This document shows, piece by piece, positions 1 through 8,909 of a stretch of DNA of 64,000 nt (position 1 is the stretch's first letter; each line of letters begins with the position of its first letter). Where the stretch lies: NCBI GenBank assembly GCA_964502225.1, contig CAZCUC010000004.1, positions 2,641 through 66,640 on the forward strand. The letters are read 5' to 3'. The translations under genes were made by a program, and so were the position numbers. This stretch comes from an uncultured Pseudomonadales bacterium. GTDB taxonomy: Bacteria > Patescibacteriota > Microgenomatia > UBA1400 > UBA12108. Below the pieces are notes generated by a model, which worked only from the letters and a program-made list of their open reading frames with translations, did no database searches and was not told the origin of the DNA.

Positions 1-43
1 TGTGCAGTCCCTAGTTTAGTTTTTAGTGCTTGTAGTTGGTCGT

Positions 44-1501
44 TCATATGTCGTCTAACTTTTTCTTATAGGCTATTATAGCGTCTTTTGGCTGGACGTC
101 AAGGTTGGGGGAGAAAAAGATCCCACACTCCTTGCCGGCCTCGACTAGTTTAACCTCTTCTTTACCTATCCTGATACTGCGAACTTTGGCATTTTTGACT
201 ACATCACCTCTGACCAAATGGATGGTATCCCCTACCTCGAATCTACCTGAGGTGATCGAGGATCCCGCAATGTGGTCACCGTTGATATCAAATACTTTGA
301 GAATGGTGGCTGTACCCAGCTGATCTTCGTCGATACTAGGCTCCATGAGTTTGAGGACTTTTTTCTCGACATACTCGAGTATTTCGTAGATAATTTTGTG
401 GTTTTTGATGACGACATTTTCGGTTTCGGCCAGCTTGGTAACAGAAGAGTTGACGCGAACGTTAAACCCTAAAATGATGGAGCTAGTGGTAGAGGCGAGG
501 AGAACATCGCTCTCAGTGATATCACCAGTACCCGAGCTCACGAGGTAAACATCGGGAGTAAAGCTACCCTTGATAGCTTCAAGCGAGCCAGCTGTGTCAG
601 CTTTGACAATGATATTGAGTCTTTTAAGACTAGGGTCGATCACCGGAGCAGGAATATTTTCGAGTGTATTGCCAGAGATGTTATTCTCAAAAGTACCATG
701 CACGATGACCTCCCCTACCTGAGGGAGAGTCACATAGCCCAGGATCTGCACGGGCATGCCAGGAGTAGCTGATTTGATACTCTGACCTTGGTCATTGAAA
801 AAAGCACGTACTTTGCCACCCGCTGTTTCGCTCCTCACTACATCCCCGACCGTGAGAGTACCTACCTTGACGATGGCAGAGACCAGTGCTCCCTTTTTGG
901 GATCGAGTTTGGCTTCGATAATGGGGGCGGAGAGATCGAGCTCTGGTTGGTACGGGAGCTCCTCAAGCTCTGCTAGCAGGAGAATTGTCTCGAGGAGATT
1001 GTCGACTCCAGCGCCAGTTTTGCCAGAAATCAAGACAAAGGGAGTATTGCCGCCGTAACCCTCGACAAATACTTCGTGCTGGGTGAGCTCGGCTTTGACT
1101 ACCTCGACGTTGGCCCCTGGCAAGTCGATTTTGTTGATCGCAACTACGTAGGGTACTCCAGCAGATTTGATGTGCTTGATGGATTCGATAGTTTGAGGTT
1201 TGACACTATCGTCTCCAGCCACCACGAGGACCACAACATCTGCAATACTCGCACCACGAGAGCGCATTTTGGAGAAAGCGGCGTGACCAGGAGTATCGAT
1301 AAAGGTAAGTTTTTTGCCGTGGAACTCTGCTTGGTAGGCACCGATAGATTGGGTAATACCTCCAGCCTCGCGGTCGGCAATGTGAGCCTGGCGGATATAG
1401 TCGAGGAGAGTGGTTTTACCGTGGTCTACATGGCCGAGAATGGCTACGATTGGTTGTCTAGTTAACTTTGTTTGAGTAGTATCTTGATTCGCTTTTTTCA
1501 T
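44..1501 (-). CDS. infB: translation initiation factor IF-2 (short form, G domain onward)
   Basis: GTPase motifs AILGHVDHGKTTLLD, DTPGH, NKID; C-terminal IF-2 beta-barrel; likely ATG at 1499-1501 (the track TTG extension MFM is not needed). Confidence 0.9.
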   Translation of the reverse strand: MKKANQDTTQTKLTRQPIVAILGHVDHGKTTLLDYIRQAHIADREAGGITQSIGAYQAEFHGKKLTFIDTPGHAAFSKMRSRGASIADVVVLVVAGDDSVKPQTIESIKHIKSAGVPYVVAINKIDLPGANVEVVKAELTQHEVFVEGYGGNTPFVLISGKTGAGVDNLLETILLLAELEELPYQPELDLSAPIIEAKLDPKKGALVSAIVKVGTLTVGDVVRSETAGGKVRAFFNDQGQSIKSATPGMPVQILGYVTLPQVGEVIVHGTFENNISGNTLENIPAPVIDPSLKRLNIIVKADTAGSLEAIKGSFTPDVYLVSSGTGDITESDVLLASTTSSIILGFNVRVNSSVTKLAETENVVIKNHKIIYEILEYVEKKVLKLMEPSIDEDQLGTATILKVFDINGDHIAGSSITSGRFEVGDTIHLVRGDVVKNAKVRSIRIGKEEVKLVEAGKECGIFFSPNLDVQPKDAIIAYKKKLDDI

Positions 1502-1519
1502 AAACAAACCTTTCCAGGT

Positions 1520-1569
1520 GATTTATGATTTATGATTCATGAATCTAGATTCTTAAATCTTAAATCAAG
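1520..1569. repeat. heptamer tandem-array element, copy a (TGATTTA units in both orientations, hairpin-forming) in the nusA-infB spacer
   Basis: gatttatgatttatgattcatgaatctagattcttaaatcttaaatcaag; the right half is the reverse complement of (A/T)GATTTA units. Confidence 0.6.
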
Positions 1570-1572
1570 TTG

Positions 1573-2811
1573 TTACTTTAACTCGGCATCGCGCTCGGCT
1601 TGGTAGCGAGCCATTTTCTCCAACTCTTCTTTGGCCATATTTTGCTTTTTGTGGAAGCGGAGAATAGCTTTTTCGGTTTCCTCTGGGCCTCTGACGTCGA
1701 GCTCAGCAAAGACAACTTTGACTTCGTCGATCTTGGCTTCGAGCTCTTTAACCGTGGTGATACCCATGTCGATGAGAGTGTTTCTGAGCTTGCTAGAGAG
1801 GCCGAGCGCGTCGATCTCGAACTGCTCATCTCCAGATGTGGAGAGAGCGATTTTACTGGCTTCGGCTCCCTTGATGTCGATCTTGTAGCCAGTCAATTTG
1901 GCCGCTAAGCGAGCGTTTTGGCCACCCTTGCCGATGGCAAGTGAGAGCTGATCATCTGGGATAGTGATCGTAGCCTTGCGGAGCTTGTCGTCGATTACGA
2001 CATTCAAACCCTCGGCTGGGGCTAGCGCGCTTGCGATGTAAGCTTTGAGATCCTTGGAATACTCGATAATATCGACTTTTTCACCATTGAGTTCGTTGAT
2101 GACTGCCTGGACACGAATACCTTTTTGGCCTACGCATGACCCAACTGGATCGACACCGTCTTGAGTGCTTTTGACGGCGAGCTTGGTACGATGACCAGCT
2201 TCACGTGCAATCGCGACAATCTCGACAGCGTTAGAGCCTACTTCGGGAACTTCGCGGGCAAAAAGCTCTTTGACTAACTCAGGAGCAGAGCGACTGACAA
2301 TAATAGCCCTACCCTTGTAGGTTTCGCGAATTTCTTTGATGTAAACGGCAATGCGCTGATTGAGACGATAAAATTCGTTCGGGATGGCTTCGCTTGGTGG
2401 CATCATAGCCTGGCCACGACCAATGTCGACAACGACATTTGGACCATCAAAGCGGAGAATCATGCCCGTAACCATGGTGCCTATCTTGGCTTCGTATTCC
2501 CCTAAGATCGCATCTTTTTCGGCTTCGCGTACCCTTTGCATAATGACCTGCTTGGCAACCTGAGCGGCAATGCGACCAAAGCCAGCAGGAGTGGCGTCTT
2601 TGCCATCTTTGAGCACTTCGATGGCACCGGTTTCTTCGTTGATGTTGACCACGTAGCCAACTAGAGCCTCTTCGTCGGACAAGCCGAGGTCTCGCTTGAG
2701 AGCCGCAAGCAAGGCCTGCTTGATGGACTCGATGACAACTTTGGGATCAATCCCGCGTTCGGCACAAATTTGGTTTAGAGCTAAGGCAAATTCTGATTTG
2801 GTTTGGGACAT
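1573..2811 (-). CDS. nusA: transcription termination/antitermination factor NusA
   Basis: NusA N-domain, S1 and KH homology; start moved to MSQTKSE (ATG 2809-2811) with AAGGAG SD upstream; the track N-extension is rejected. Confidence 0.9.
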   Translation of the reverse strand: MSQTKSEFALALNQICAERGIDPKVVIESIKQALLAALKRDLGLSDEEALVGYVVNINEETGAIEVLKDGKDATPAGFGRIAAQVAKQVIMQRVREAEKDAILGEYEAKIGTMVTGMILRFDGPNVVVDIGRGQAMMPPSEAIPNEFYRLNQRIAVYIKEIRETYKGRAIIVSRSAPELVKELFAREVPEVGSNAVEIVAIAREAGHRTKLAVKSTQDGVDPVGSCVGQKGIRVQAVINELNGEKVDIIEYSKDLKAYIASALAPAEGLNVVIDDKLRKATITIPDDQLSLAIGKGGQNARLAAKLTGYKIDIKGAEASKIALSTSGDEQFEIDALGLSSKLRNTLIDMGITTVKELEAKIDEVKVVFAELDVRGPEETEKAILRFHKKQNMAKEELEKMARYQAERDAELK

Positions 2812-2869
2812 ACAACTCCTTTGGAGTAATAAACAAATAACAATAATCAATTATTGAAGTGGACATACT

Positions 2870-2890
2870 AAAAAGGTGGGCTAGCCCACC
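2870..2890 (-). terminator. candidate intrinsic terminator after the upstream lipoprotein gene
   Basis: stem ggtgggc/gcccacc followed by a T-run on the minus strand. Confidence 0.4.
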
Positions 2891-2970
2891 TTGTCAATAC
2901 TTTACACTACAACCTGCTTAGTATAGCACTCTACTTCGCCTTTGGCTACGCTTGGGGCACGGCCCCACCC

Positions 2971-3216
2971 CTAATTCAAATCGGAGAAGTCTTCTTCGAT
3001 AATGGTCGTGCTGTTGATGTCTAGCTCGAGACTATCCGTGTCGGTTGATTCTGAGGTTGCGGGCATGGTGGTGAGGGCTGGATCTGGAGCATCGGGGGAT
3101 GCCTGTGGTGCTGTCATCTCGTCTTTGGCGGCGCGGTCGCCTCTAAATACGTCGCCGAGAGTACAACCACCGAGTAAAAGAGCCGAGAGTGTAACGAGGA
3201 TCATTTTTTTGAGCAT
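2971..3216 (-). CDS. small lipoprotein (lipobox LLGGC), acidic
   Basis: signal peptide plus LGGC lipobox. Confidence 0.5.
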   Translation of the reverse strand: MLKKMILVTLSALLLGGCTLGDVFRGDRAAKDEMTAPQASPDAPDPALTTMPATSESTDTDSLELDINSTTIIEEDFSDLN

Positions 3217-3225
3217 ATAGTCTCC

Positions 3226-3807
3226 TTAGTTGTTGGTATTTTGAACGGCGGCACTGGCGGCGGGAAGAGCTGGTTTTGAAACCATTTTTAGTTCTTTAAC
3301 CGCTTCTTTGAGAAGGGTGTGGACCTCCATATAGAGCTTGCGAGCTGAGTTGGCTAAATCGCGAGCCGCAAGAGCGGCGGCTTTTTGCTGTGCGAATTTG
3401 GCTGGGTCGATGGAGCGGAAAGCGTCTATTGCCTCGTCCCCTTTTGTCTTGGCTTCGAGGAGCTTGGTTTTGGCTAAGGTAAGTTTGGTTTTAATCTTGA
3501 CAACAGCTGGATCGGAAGAATTGAGAGAGTTGAGGCGAGTGTTAAAGCGAGCAATTATCGCGTTTAGGCGATCAAAGTAAAATCCAAAGCGCTTTTCTAG
3601 GCGATTGGCGTGATTCTCGGCGACATTACTCCTAACTTCTTGTCTGTTTTCCTGTCTTTCTTCCCTACGATCCTGACGGATCTCCTGGATTTCTACCTGA
3701 GCTGGGCGATCGGGACGACGACGAGTCACATTTTCGTCGGACTCGGCTAGAGCATGACTAGGCATGAGGAGGATGAGAGTGAGTCCGAGTAAGAGTGATT
3801 TGCGCAT
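3226..3807 (-). CDS. secreted hypothetical protein, Arg/Glu-rich and Ala/Lys-rich helical regions
   Basis: N-terminal signal peptide MRKSLLLGLTLILLMPSHALA. Confidence 0.5.
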   Translation of the reverse strand: MRKSLLLGLTLILLMPSHALAESDENVTRRRPDRPAQVEIQEIRQDRREERQENRQEVRSNVAENHANRLEKRFGFYFDRLNAIIARFNTRLNSLNSSDPAVVKIKTKLTLAKTKLLEAKTKGDEAIDAFRSIDPAKFAQQKAAALAARDLANSARKLYMEVHTLLKEAVKELKMVSKPALPAASAAVQNTNN

Positions 3808-3821
3808 ATATTAACCTCCTG

Positions 3822-4715
3822 TTAAAACGAAAATAAATTGAGTAATCGATCAAAACCAGTATACTCTGTGCGGAGGAGATCCCCTGTCTCGGCCGAAAGG
3901 ATGGCGCGAGTTTTTAGTGAAACTTTAAACAGCCCAAGAACACGTTTTTCTTTTTGGGCGTTAATTTTGTAAACGGATTCTCCGTTTTCTTCCTCAAGAT
4001 CTGGCAAGTTGGCGGAGCCCGTAGATGTATCTAGTCGATCGTCCAGGGGGAGGATGTTTTGCTCGCGTAGCTTGACCATCGCCTGGTCAGGCAAAACAGT
4101 CAGCGTGCGCTCGGTACCATCTGGACGGGTGACGACAAGTTCGTTGCTAGTGTTTACTCGAACCTTGAGCTTGGTGTGGACACGGGTGTCTTGACGCTCG
4201 ATTTGCAGTGAGTCGTCTGCGCCTGGACTCATAATTATCTTGTCTTTTGCCTCACCAGAGCGAGACTCTAACTGCAGCTCCTCTTTGTCACCCATCTCTA
4301 GTTGAGTTTCGGTTTCTCTCCCTGTGGCATCGCGGGTTTTTTGCTTGATCTTGAGCTTGTCGCCATCGACTTCGATCTCTGATTCTCTTTCGAGTTTATT
4401 TTTTGTAGTTTTAATTTCGTTGACCTTGATGGCCGATTCGAGTCTCTGCTTGGCTTTTTCGCGATCTTGTTCGGCAAGTTTTTTTTCGATTTCTTGGCGT
4501 TGCTCAACAGCTTTTTTGTCAGACTCGCGCGAGCTCTCGTCGGTTTTTGCTTCATCTTCTTGCTCGTCATTGTCCCCGAGCACAAGTGGATCTAGCAGGA
4601 GGAGACTGCCTGAGCGATCGATGAGCCAGGTCGCAGAAGCGTGGGGAACTTGCAGGGACAAGGTGAGCGAGAGAGTCAAAACAGCAAAAGTGATGAGTGT
4701 AATATTTTTTGACAT
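3822..4715 (-). CDS. secreted hypothetical protein with a charged coiled-coil region
   Basis: start reassigned to MSKNITLITFAVLTLSL (ATG 4713-4715) because a signal peptide begins there. Confidence 0.5.
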   Translation of the reverse strand: MSKNITLITFAVLTLSLTLSLQVPHASATWLIDRSGSLLLLDPLVLGDNDEQEDEAKTDESSRESDKKAVEQRQEIEKKLAEQDREKAKQRLESAIKVNEIKTTKNKLERESEIEVDGDKLKIKQKTRDATGRETETQLEMGDKEELQLESRSGEAKDKIIMSPGADDSLQIERQDTRVHTKLKVRVNTSNELVVTRPDGTERTLTVLPDQAMVKLREQNILPLDDRLDTSTGSANLPDLEEENGESVYKINAQKEKRVLGLFKVSLKTRAILSAETGDLLRTEYTGFDRLLNLFSF

Positions 4716-4716
4716 A

Positions 4717-5730
4717 TTAATATAGAACAAAGGTTTTTTTCTGCTCGTTAATATTGCCGCGAGCATCGGTGATTTTGACTGCGTAGGTATGGGATGAGCC
4801 AGCAGAACCCTTGAAGCAGTATTGTCCGCCTGTTTGGGAGGCCCATGACTCGGCATCAACTTGCTGTTCTACTTTGAGGTTGGCGATTGCAGTAACATTA
4901 TCTTCGACATATTGGGTGAGCAAGCAAGTACCATTTGTGCCCCAATCAAAGGGTCCGACCAAAGTAAAGTTAGGGGCGATTTTGTCCGCCAAGTTTTCCC
5001 AATCGATGCGGGCAAGATTGTTGTTGGAGTTATTTTCTTTGAGAGATTTGTCGGAGTTGAGCTGGAGTTTGGCGGTGTGTTTGCCGATACCAGTAGTTGA
5101 GTCGTGACACCAGTCGTAAGTCTTGCCTGCCTCGAGTTTGTCGTAAGTTCCTAAGTTGTCTTCTAGCTCTTGTTTATCATCGAGGGAAAAAGTAAATTTG
5201 ATGTCCTTGCCTGAGACTGACTCGTTTGCGACAATGTGGAAGCACAAAGTAACCTTTGGGGACCAACTAGACTTGACTTCGTCAAACTGACCTGCCTGGA
5301 TACTGGTGAATTCACGGTAAATCACGCGCCCGTCCCCATTGCCTTCGTCGATTGTCTGTTTGAAGTTGCCACTGGGATTGCCAAAGCGGAGATCTAGACT
5401 CGGTAAAACAACGGCAACTGGAGTGGGACGAGGGGTGGAAGTGGTCGTATTTTTGGGGCTACTACTAGGCTTGAGAGACGATTTGGGACTCGCTGAAGGA
5501 GTGGATGAGGGATCAGTGGTAGTGGGGAGAGTAGAAGCAATTGGGCTCGGGCTAGGAGAGGGCGAGGAGGAGAGTTGGTTTTTGTAATACACGACCCCGA
5601 CGACAGCCGCCAAGATGATCACTAGCAAAAAGCCAAAAATGAGGGGGAGGATAGACGATTTGGGCTTGGGTGGCACCACGGGAATAGGCGGGGTTTCAGC
5701 AACGGGTTGATTGAGGTTATCACCTAACAT
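4717..5730 (-). CDS. membrane-anchored surface protein (Pro-rich N-terminus, one TM, Ser/Pro/Thr linker, globular ectodomain)
   Basis: TM segment ILPLIFGFLLVIILAAVVGVVYY; SPSPSPSP linker. Confidence 0.55.
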   Translation of the reverse strand: MLGDNLNQPVAETPPIPVVPPKPKSSILPLIFGFLLVIILAAVVGVVYYKNQLSSSPSPSPSPIASTLPTTTDPSSTPSASPKSSLKPSSSPKNTTTSTPRPTPVAVVLPSLDLRFGNPSGNFKQTIDEGNGDGRVIYREFTSIQAGQFDEVKSSWSPKVTLCFHIVANESVSGKDIKFTFSLDDKQELEDNLGTYDKLEAGKTYDWCHDSTTGIGKHTAKLQLNSDKSLKENNSNNNLARIDWENLADKIAPNFTLVGPFDWGTNGTCLLTQYVEDNVTAIANLKVEQQVDAESWASQTGGQYCFKGSAGSSHTYAVKITDARGNINEQKKTFVLY

Positions 5731-5738
5731 GGACTCTA

Positions 5739-6605
5739 CTATAGTTCATTTTCTAGCTGTTGTACAAGGTCTCGTCCCCTTTTACTCAACTTATCTGGGA
5801 GCATGACTTTTAGTTTGATATAAAAGTCCCCACGGCCAGACCCACGAAGATGCTTCATACCTTTGCCGGACAATCGGACAGTGGTCGATGGCTGGGTGCC
5901 TGGGCGAATTTTGATGAGCAAATCGCCATCGAGTGTGGGAATGGTAGTTTCGCCGCCCAATATCGCGAGAGGGAGCGAAATCTCGTGATAGATGAAAACA
6001 TCATCGCCATCGCGCCGGAAGATTTTGTGAGGTTTGACGTTTAAAGAAACGTCAAACTCGGAGTAGCGCATGCGAGTACCGTCATCTGCACCGGCAGGGA
6101 TTTTGACGGTATATTGCTTACCCTGATGGACAAAAGTTTTTTCGGCACCATTCACGGCTTCCATAAAGTCGATGCTCAGAGAGTAATGGGGTTTTTGCTG
6201 AAATTGGGAGCCAAAGGGATTTTGCCCGCCAAAGAAGGACTCAAAAATGTTGAAAGGATCGTTAAAGCCTTGCTGGCCACCAAACATATCCTCAAATCCA
6301 CCCCCAGTAGAGTAAGTGTAGGTGAAGGGTCCTTGGCGGTACGACTGACCACCCTGCCCACCACCAAAGCCAGCAGATGGGTCGAAAGCGGCATGACCAA
6401 ACTGGTCATACTTGGCTTTTTTGTCTGGGTTGCTTAAAATTTCGTACGCTTCGTTGATTTCTTTAAATTTGGCTTCGGCTCCAGGCTCTTTGTTTTTGTC
6501 GGGATGCCATTTGAGGGCCAGCTTGCGATAGGCCGATTTGAGATCGGAGGAAGACGAGGATTTGGTAACACCTAAAATATCGTAGTAGTCGCGTTTGGTA
6601 GCCAT
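5739..6605 (-). CDS. DnaJ-family J-domain chaperone, class II (no Zn-finger), CbpA-like
   Basis: J domain DYYDILGV...HPDKN, G/F-rich region, C-terminal substrate-binding domains; no CxxCxGxG repeats. Confidence 0.85.
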   Translation of the reverse strand: MATKRDYYDILGVTKSSSSSDLKSAYRKLALKWHPDKNKEPGAEAKFKEINEAYEILSNPDKKAKYDQFGHAAFDPSAGFGGGQGGQSYRQGPFTYTYSTGGGFEDMFGGQQGFNDPFNIFESFFGGQNPFGSQFQQKPHYSLSIDFMEAVNGAEKTFVHQGKQYTVKIPAGADDGTRMRYSEFDVSLNVKPHKIFRRDGDDVFIYHEISLPLAILGGETTIPTLDGDLLIKIRPGTQPSTTVRLSGKGMKHLRGSGRGDFYIKLKVMLPDKLSKRGRDLVQQLENEL

Positions 6606-6651
6606 ATGCAGTGATTATAATGGGTAGTCAAGCAGTAAACAAGGCCGAGTG

Positions 6652-7347
6652 CTAAATGGTGCCAAACTGGCGGTCGCCGGCATCGCCCAATCCGGGAACG
6701 ATGTATTTGTGTTCGTTTAAACGATCGTCTACCGCGGCCACAGTGATTGCGACATCGGGGTGCTCACGGTTGAGTACTTTGATCCCTTCTGGGGCGGCAA
6801 TCATGGAGATCATTTTGATTTGTCCCTGGGGATAGATGTCCTTGATCCGCCGAATGGTTTCGACTGCCGAGCCTCCGGTTGCGAGCATCGGATCAAGGAT
6901 GAGAAACACTACTCCCGTACCGTGATTTAAGTGCTCGAGCTGTTTGAGATCGTAGTACCAGTGAGGGATGGCGGTGGCCTCGTCCCTCGCCATGCCGGCA
7001 AAAATGGTGGGTGCAGAGGGAAAAATATTTTGAGCTGGTTCGTGCATCCCAATACCTGAACGAAGGACGGGGATCAAGACTATGCGGTCCTTGATTTTGG
7101 ATGCTTGCAGATCGGCGAGCGGAGTCGAGACCTTCACCGTGGATTCGTGTAGGTCGGCAGTTGCGGCAAAGATGAGGTGGTAGGCGAGGGCGTGGACACA
7201 GCGGCGGAATCCCACCAGACTAGTCTTACCATCGCGCATGACACGCAGTAAGTCGCGTACCAGCGGGTGGTCGACGATGGTCACTGAAAGTGAAGAGTCT
7301 TTTTGGGCTTGAGTTAATAGGGCTTTCTCGTCGTAGACGTTTGTCAT
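6652..7347 (-). CDS. upp: uracil phosphoribosyltransferase
   Basis: UPRT homology including the PRPP-binding LDPMLATGGS motif; start moved to MTNVYDE (ATG 7345-7347). Confidence 0.85.
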   Translation of the reverse strand: MTNVYDEKALLTQAQKDSSLSVTIVDHPLVRDLLRVMRDGKTSLVGFRRCVHALAYHLIFAATADLHESTVKVSTPLADLQASKIKDRIVLIPVLRSGIGMHEPAQNIFPSAPTIFAGMARDEATAIPHWYYDLKQLEHLNHGTGVVFLILDPMLATGGSAVETIRRIKDIYPQGQIKMISMIAAPEGIKVLNREHPDVAITVAAVDDRLNEHKYIVPGLGDAGDRQFGTI

Positions 7348-7366
7348 TGTGATTATTATAGCGAAT

Positions 7367-7594
7367 TCAATATTCAGGAGGGTGTGATTTGAATTGTCGA
7401 CCGACAATTTCACCTGATTCATCTTGAATGGCAGTAAACATGTGACAGATCAAGAAGGCGCAGTCAACGCAAATTTCGTCGATATTGACGACAAGGCTGT
7501 TGTGCATATCCCCTTCCTCCGGTTCACAGTAACCGGTGCGAACAATGGCTTTACGGGGTGGTAAATCTCTAAAAAATCCCGACTCAGCGGGCAT
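7367..7594 (-). CDS. small hypothetical Cys-containing protein (75 aa)
   Basis: ORF only; it is preceded by a terminator-like hairpin and has no SD, so it is uncertain. Confidence 0.3.
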   Translation of the reverse strand: MPAESGFFRDLPPRKAIVRTGYCEPEEGDMHNSLVVNIDEICVDCAFLICHMFTAIQDESGEIVGRQFKSHPPEY

Positions 7595-7618
7595 AAAAAA
7601 AGAACCCTCTCAGGTTCT
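7595..7618 (-). terminator. intrinsic terminator hairpin plus U-run
   Basis: stem agaacc/ggttct, 6-nt loop, A7 run on the plus strand (U-run on the minus transcript). Confidence 0.5.
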
Positions 7619-7675
7619 TCCTCGTCAAAAACTTTTTGTGTGCAATCCCCAGGTTCATTTAGCCCCCGGGAGTTT

Positions 7676-7705
7676 ATTGTAGCGAAATTGGGGTGGCAGA
7701 GTCAA
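7676..7705 (-). promoter_or_regulatory. candidate sigma70-like promoter TTGACT-18-TACAAT on the minus strand
   Basis: plus-strand agtcaa (7700-7705) and attgta (7676-7681); a transcript from here would stop at the 7595-7618 terminator after about 75 nt. Confidence 0.35.
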
Positions 7706-7746
7706 CAGAATCTAAAACTCTAATTATTCCTCCTTCGCACTTTGAG

Positions 7747-8322
7747 CTATGGACGGACACGGTCGAATAGTTGGAGTAATTCGGGGAGTTCTAGGCTACC
7801 TTCTTCGGAAGTAATGTGACCTTTATTGTGGAGAGTAATAATCTCAGGGTTGAGCTTGTCTCTGAACATCTGCTTGTTTTGAATATAAGGAACCCAAGGG
7901 TCATTGTCAGAAAAAATTGTAATAAAGTCTTTGGCCTTGGTTTTAATTTGAGAAAAATCCATCGGGGTTTTTAGCCATGGATCTGCGATGTGCCACATTT
8001 CGTCGTTTTCCAGATTGGTGAGGGTAAACCACGGGGCCACAAGAATTATTTTGCCAGCTTTTCCTACAGCTTTTTCGAGGTAACGCAAAATGGTTTGACA
8101 ACCAATACTATGGCCAATAAAGATGTCGCTCTCACGCATTGATCCGACGATATTAGATAAGTAGTCTACCCACGGTCTAATAACTGGGACATCGGTGTCT
8201 GGCATTTGGGGAGCAGTTACTTCGTATCCCTTTTCTTCCAGTGACTTGACTGCCCAGGGGAGCCAATCACCCTGAGGGGATCCGCTCCAGCCATGGATGA
8301 GAAAAATGCGTGATTTATACAT
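7747..8322 (-). CDS. alpha/beta-hydrolase fold serine hydrolase (YdeN/RBBP9-like)
   Basis: GHSIG nucleophile elbow; size about 190 aa. Confidence 0.7.
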   Translation of the reverse strand: MYKSRIFLIHGWSGSPQGDWLPWAVKSLEEKGYEVTAPQMPDTDVPVIRPWVDYLSNIVGSMRESDIFIGHSIGCQTILRYLEKAVGKAGKIILVAPWFTLTNLENDEMWHIADPWLKTPMDFSQIKTKAKDFITIFSDNDPWVPYIQNKQMFRDKLNPEIITLHNKGHITSEEGSLELPELLQLFDRVRP

Positions 8323-8349
8323 GTAATTATTGTAGCAAAGATTATCTTC

Positions 8350-8380
8350 TTGACATTACAGTAACTGGAATGTTTATATT
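8350..8380 (+). promoter_or_regulatory. MerR-type promoter: TTGACA, 19-bp spacer containing a dyad, TATATT
   Basis: ttgaca 8350-8355, spacer ttacagtaactggaatgtt, tatatt 8375-8380; palindrome acattacagt a actggaatgt; ATG lies 6 nt after the -10. Confidence 0.55.
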
Positions 8381-8386
8381 GGAGGA

Positions 8387-8830
8387 ATGAATGTACAACT
8401 GACGATAGGAGAACTGGCAAAGGAGACTGGGGTACCGACGAAGACGATCCGGTTTTATGAAAGCATTGGGCTAATAGAACAGCCCCAGCGGCAGGAAAAT
8501 GGGTACCGAGTGTACCCAGTGTCAAGGATAGAAGAACTGACCATTATCAAAAACGTCCGGGACCTGGGACTGCCCATCCCGCAGATCAAAAAACTGATGC
8601 GTGGGTGTGAAAATGGCGACTGCAGTCATAGTGGTGAGTACATAGACAAAGAGATTGCGGAATATACAGAAGTATTGAGCGCCAAAATTACCCAACTCAC
8701 CCACCTTAAGACGCAATTACAAAAACTGCGCAAAAATGTGGCACAGTGCGAGGGAGAGACTTGCGGGACTTATTGCTGTAATGTACTTGGCCAAATAGCT
8801 GAGTTAGAGAAAGGAGGTGAAGAGAAATGA
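8387..8830 (+). CDS. MerR-family transcriptional regulator with a Cys-rich C-terminus
   Basis: N-terminal HTH LTIGELAKETGVPTKTIRFYESIGL; C-terminal CENGDCSHSG and CEGETCGTYCCN. Confidence 0.8.
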   Translation: MNVQLTIGELAKETGVPTKTIRFYESIGLIEQPQRQENGYRVYPVSRIEELTIIKNVRDLGLPIPQIKKLMRGCENGDCSHSGEYIDKEIAEYTEVLSAKITQLTHLKTQLQKLRKNVAQCEGETCGTYCCNVLGQIAELEKGGEEK

Positions 8831-8874
8831 CAGACGGAACATGTTGTGGAGGACAAGATACGTGTAGCTGCTAA
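8827..8874 (+). CDS. candidate translationally coupled micro-ORF, 15-aa Cys-rich peptide MTDGTCCGGQDTCSC
   Basis: ATGA overlap with the merR-family stop; AAGGAGGTG SD 10 nt upstream; 5 of 15 residues are Cys. Confidence 0.3.
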   Translation: MTDGTCCGGQDTCSC

Positions 8875-8909
8875 TTTAACTGAGTGTGCTCACGAGCTAG
8901 CCGTGGGCA

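Noticed and set aside
2812-2850. Track N-terminal extensions of nusA (2850), upp (7422), hrcA (14748), murJ (18416), rpsT (18384), the GNAT gene (9701) and the secreted protein (4859)
   Set aside because: The extensions lack homology, overlap upstream genes, or precede the obvious conserved N-terminus or signal peptide; internal ATGs with better context were chosen.
2921-2932. TAGCACTC half-site (CIRCE-like) upstream of nusA
   Set aside because: Only one arm matches and there is no partner arm at 9-nt spacing.
7722-7736. Orphan AAGGAGG (minus strand) downstream of the hydrolase stop
   Set aside because: No start codon lies within 5-15 nt downstream; it is likely fortuitous.
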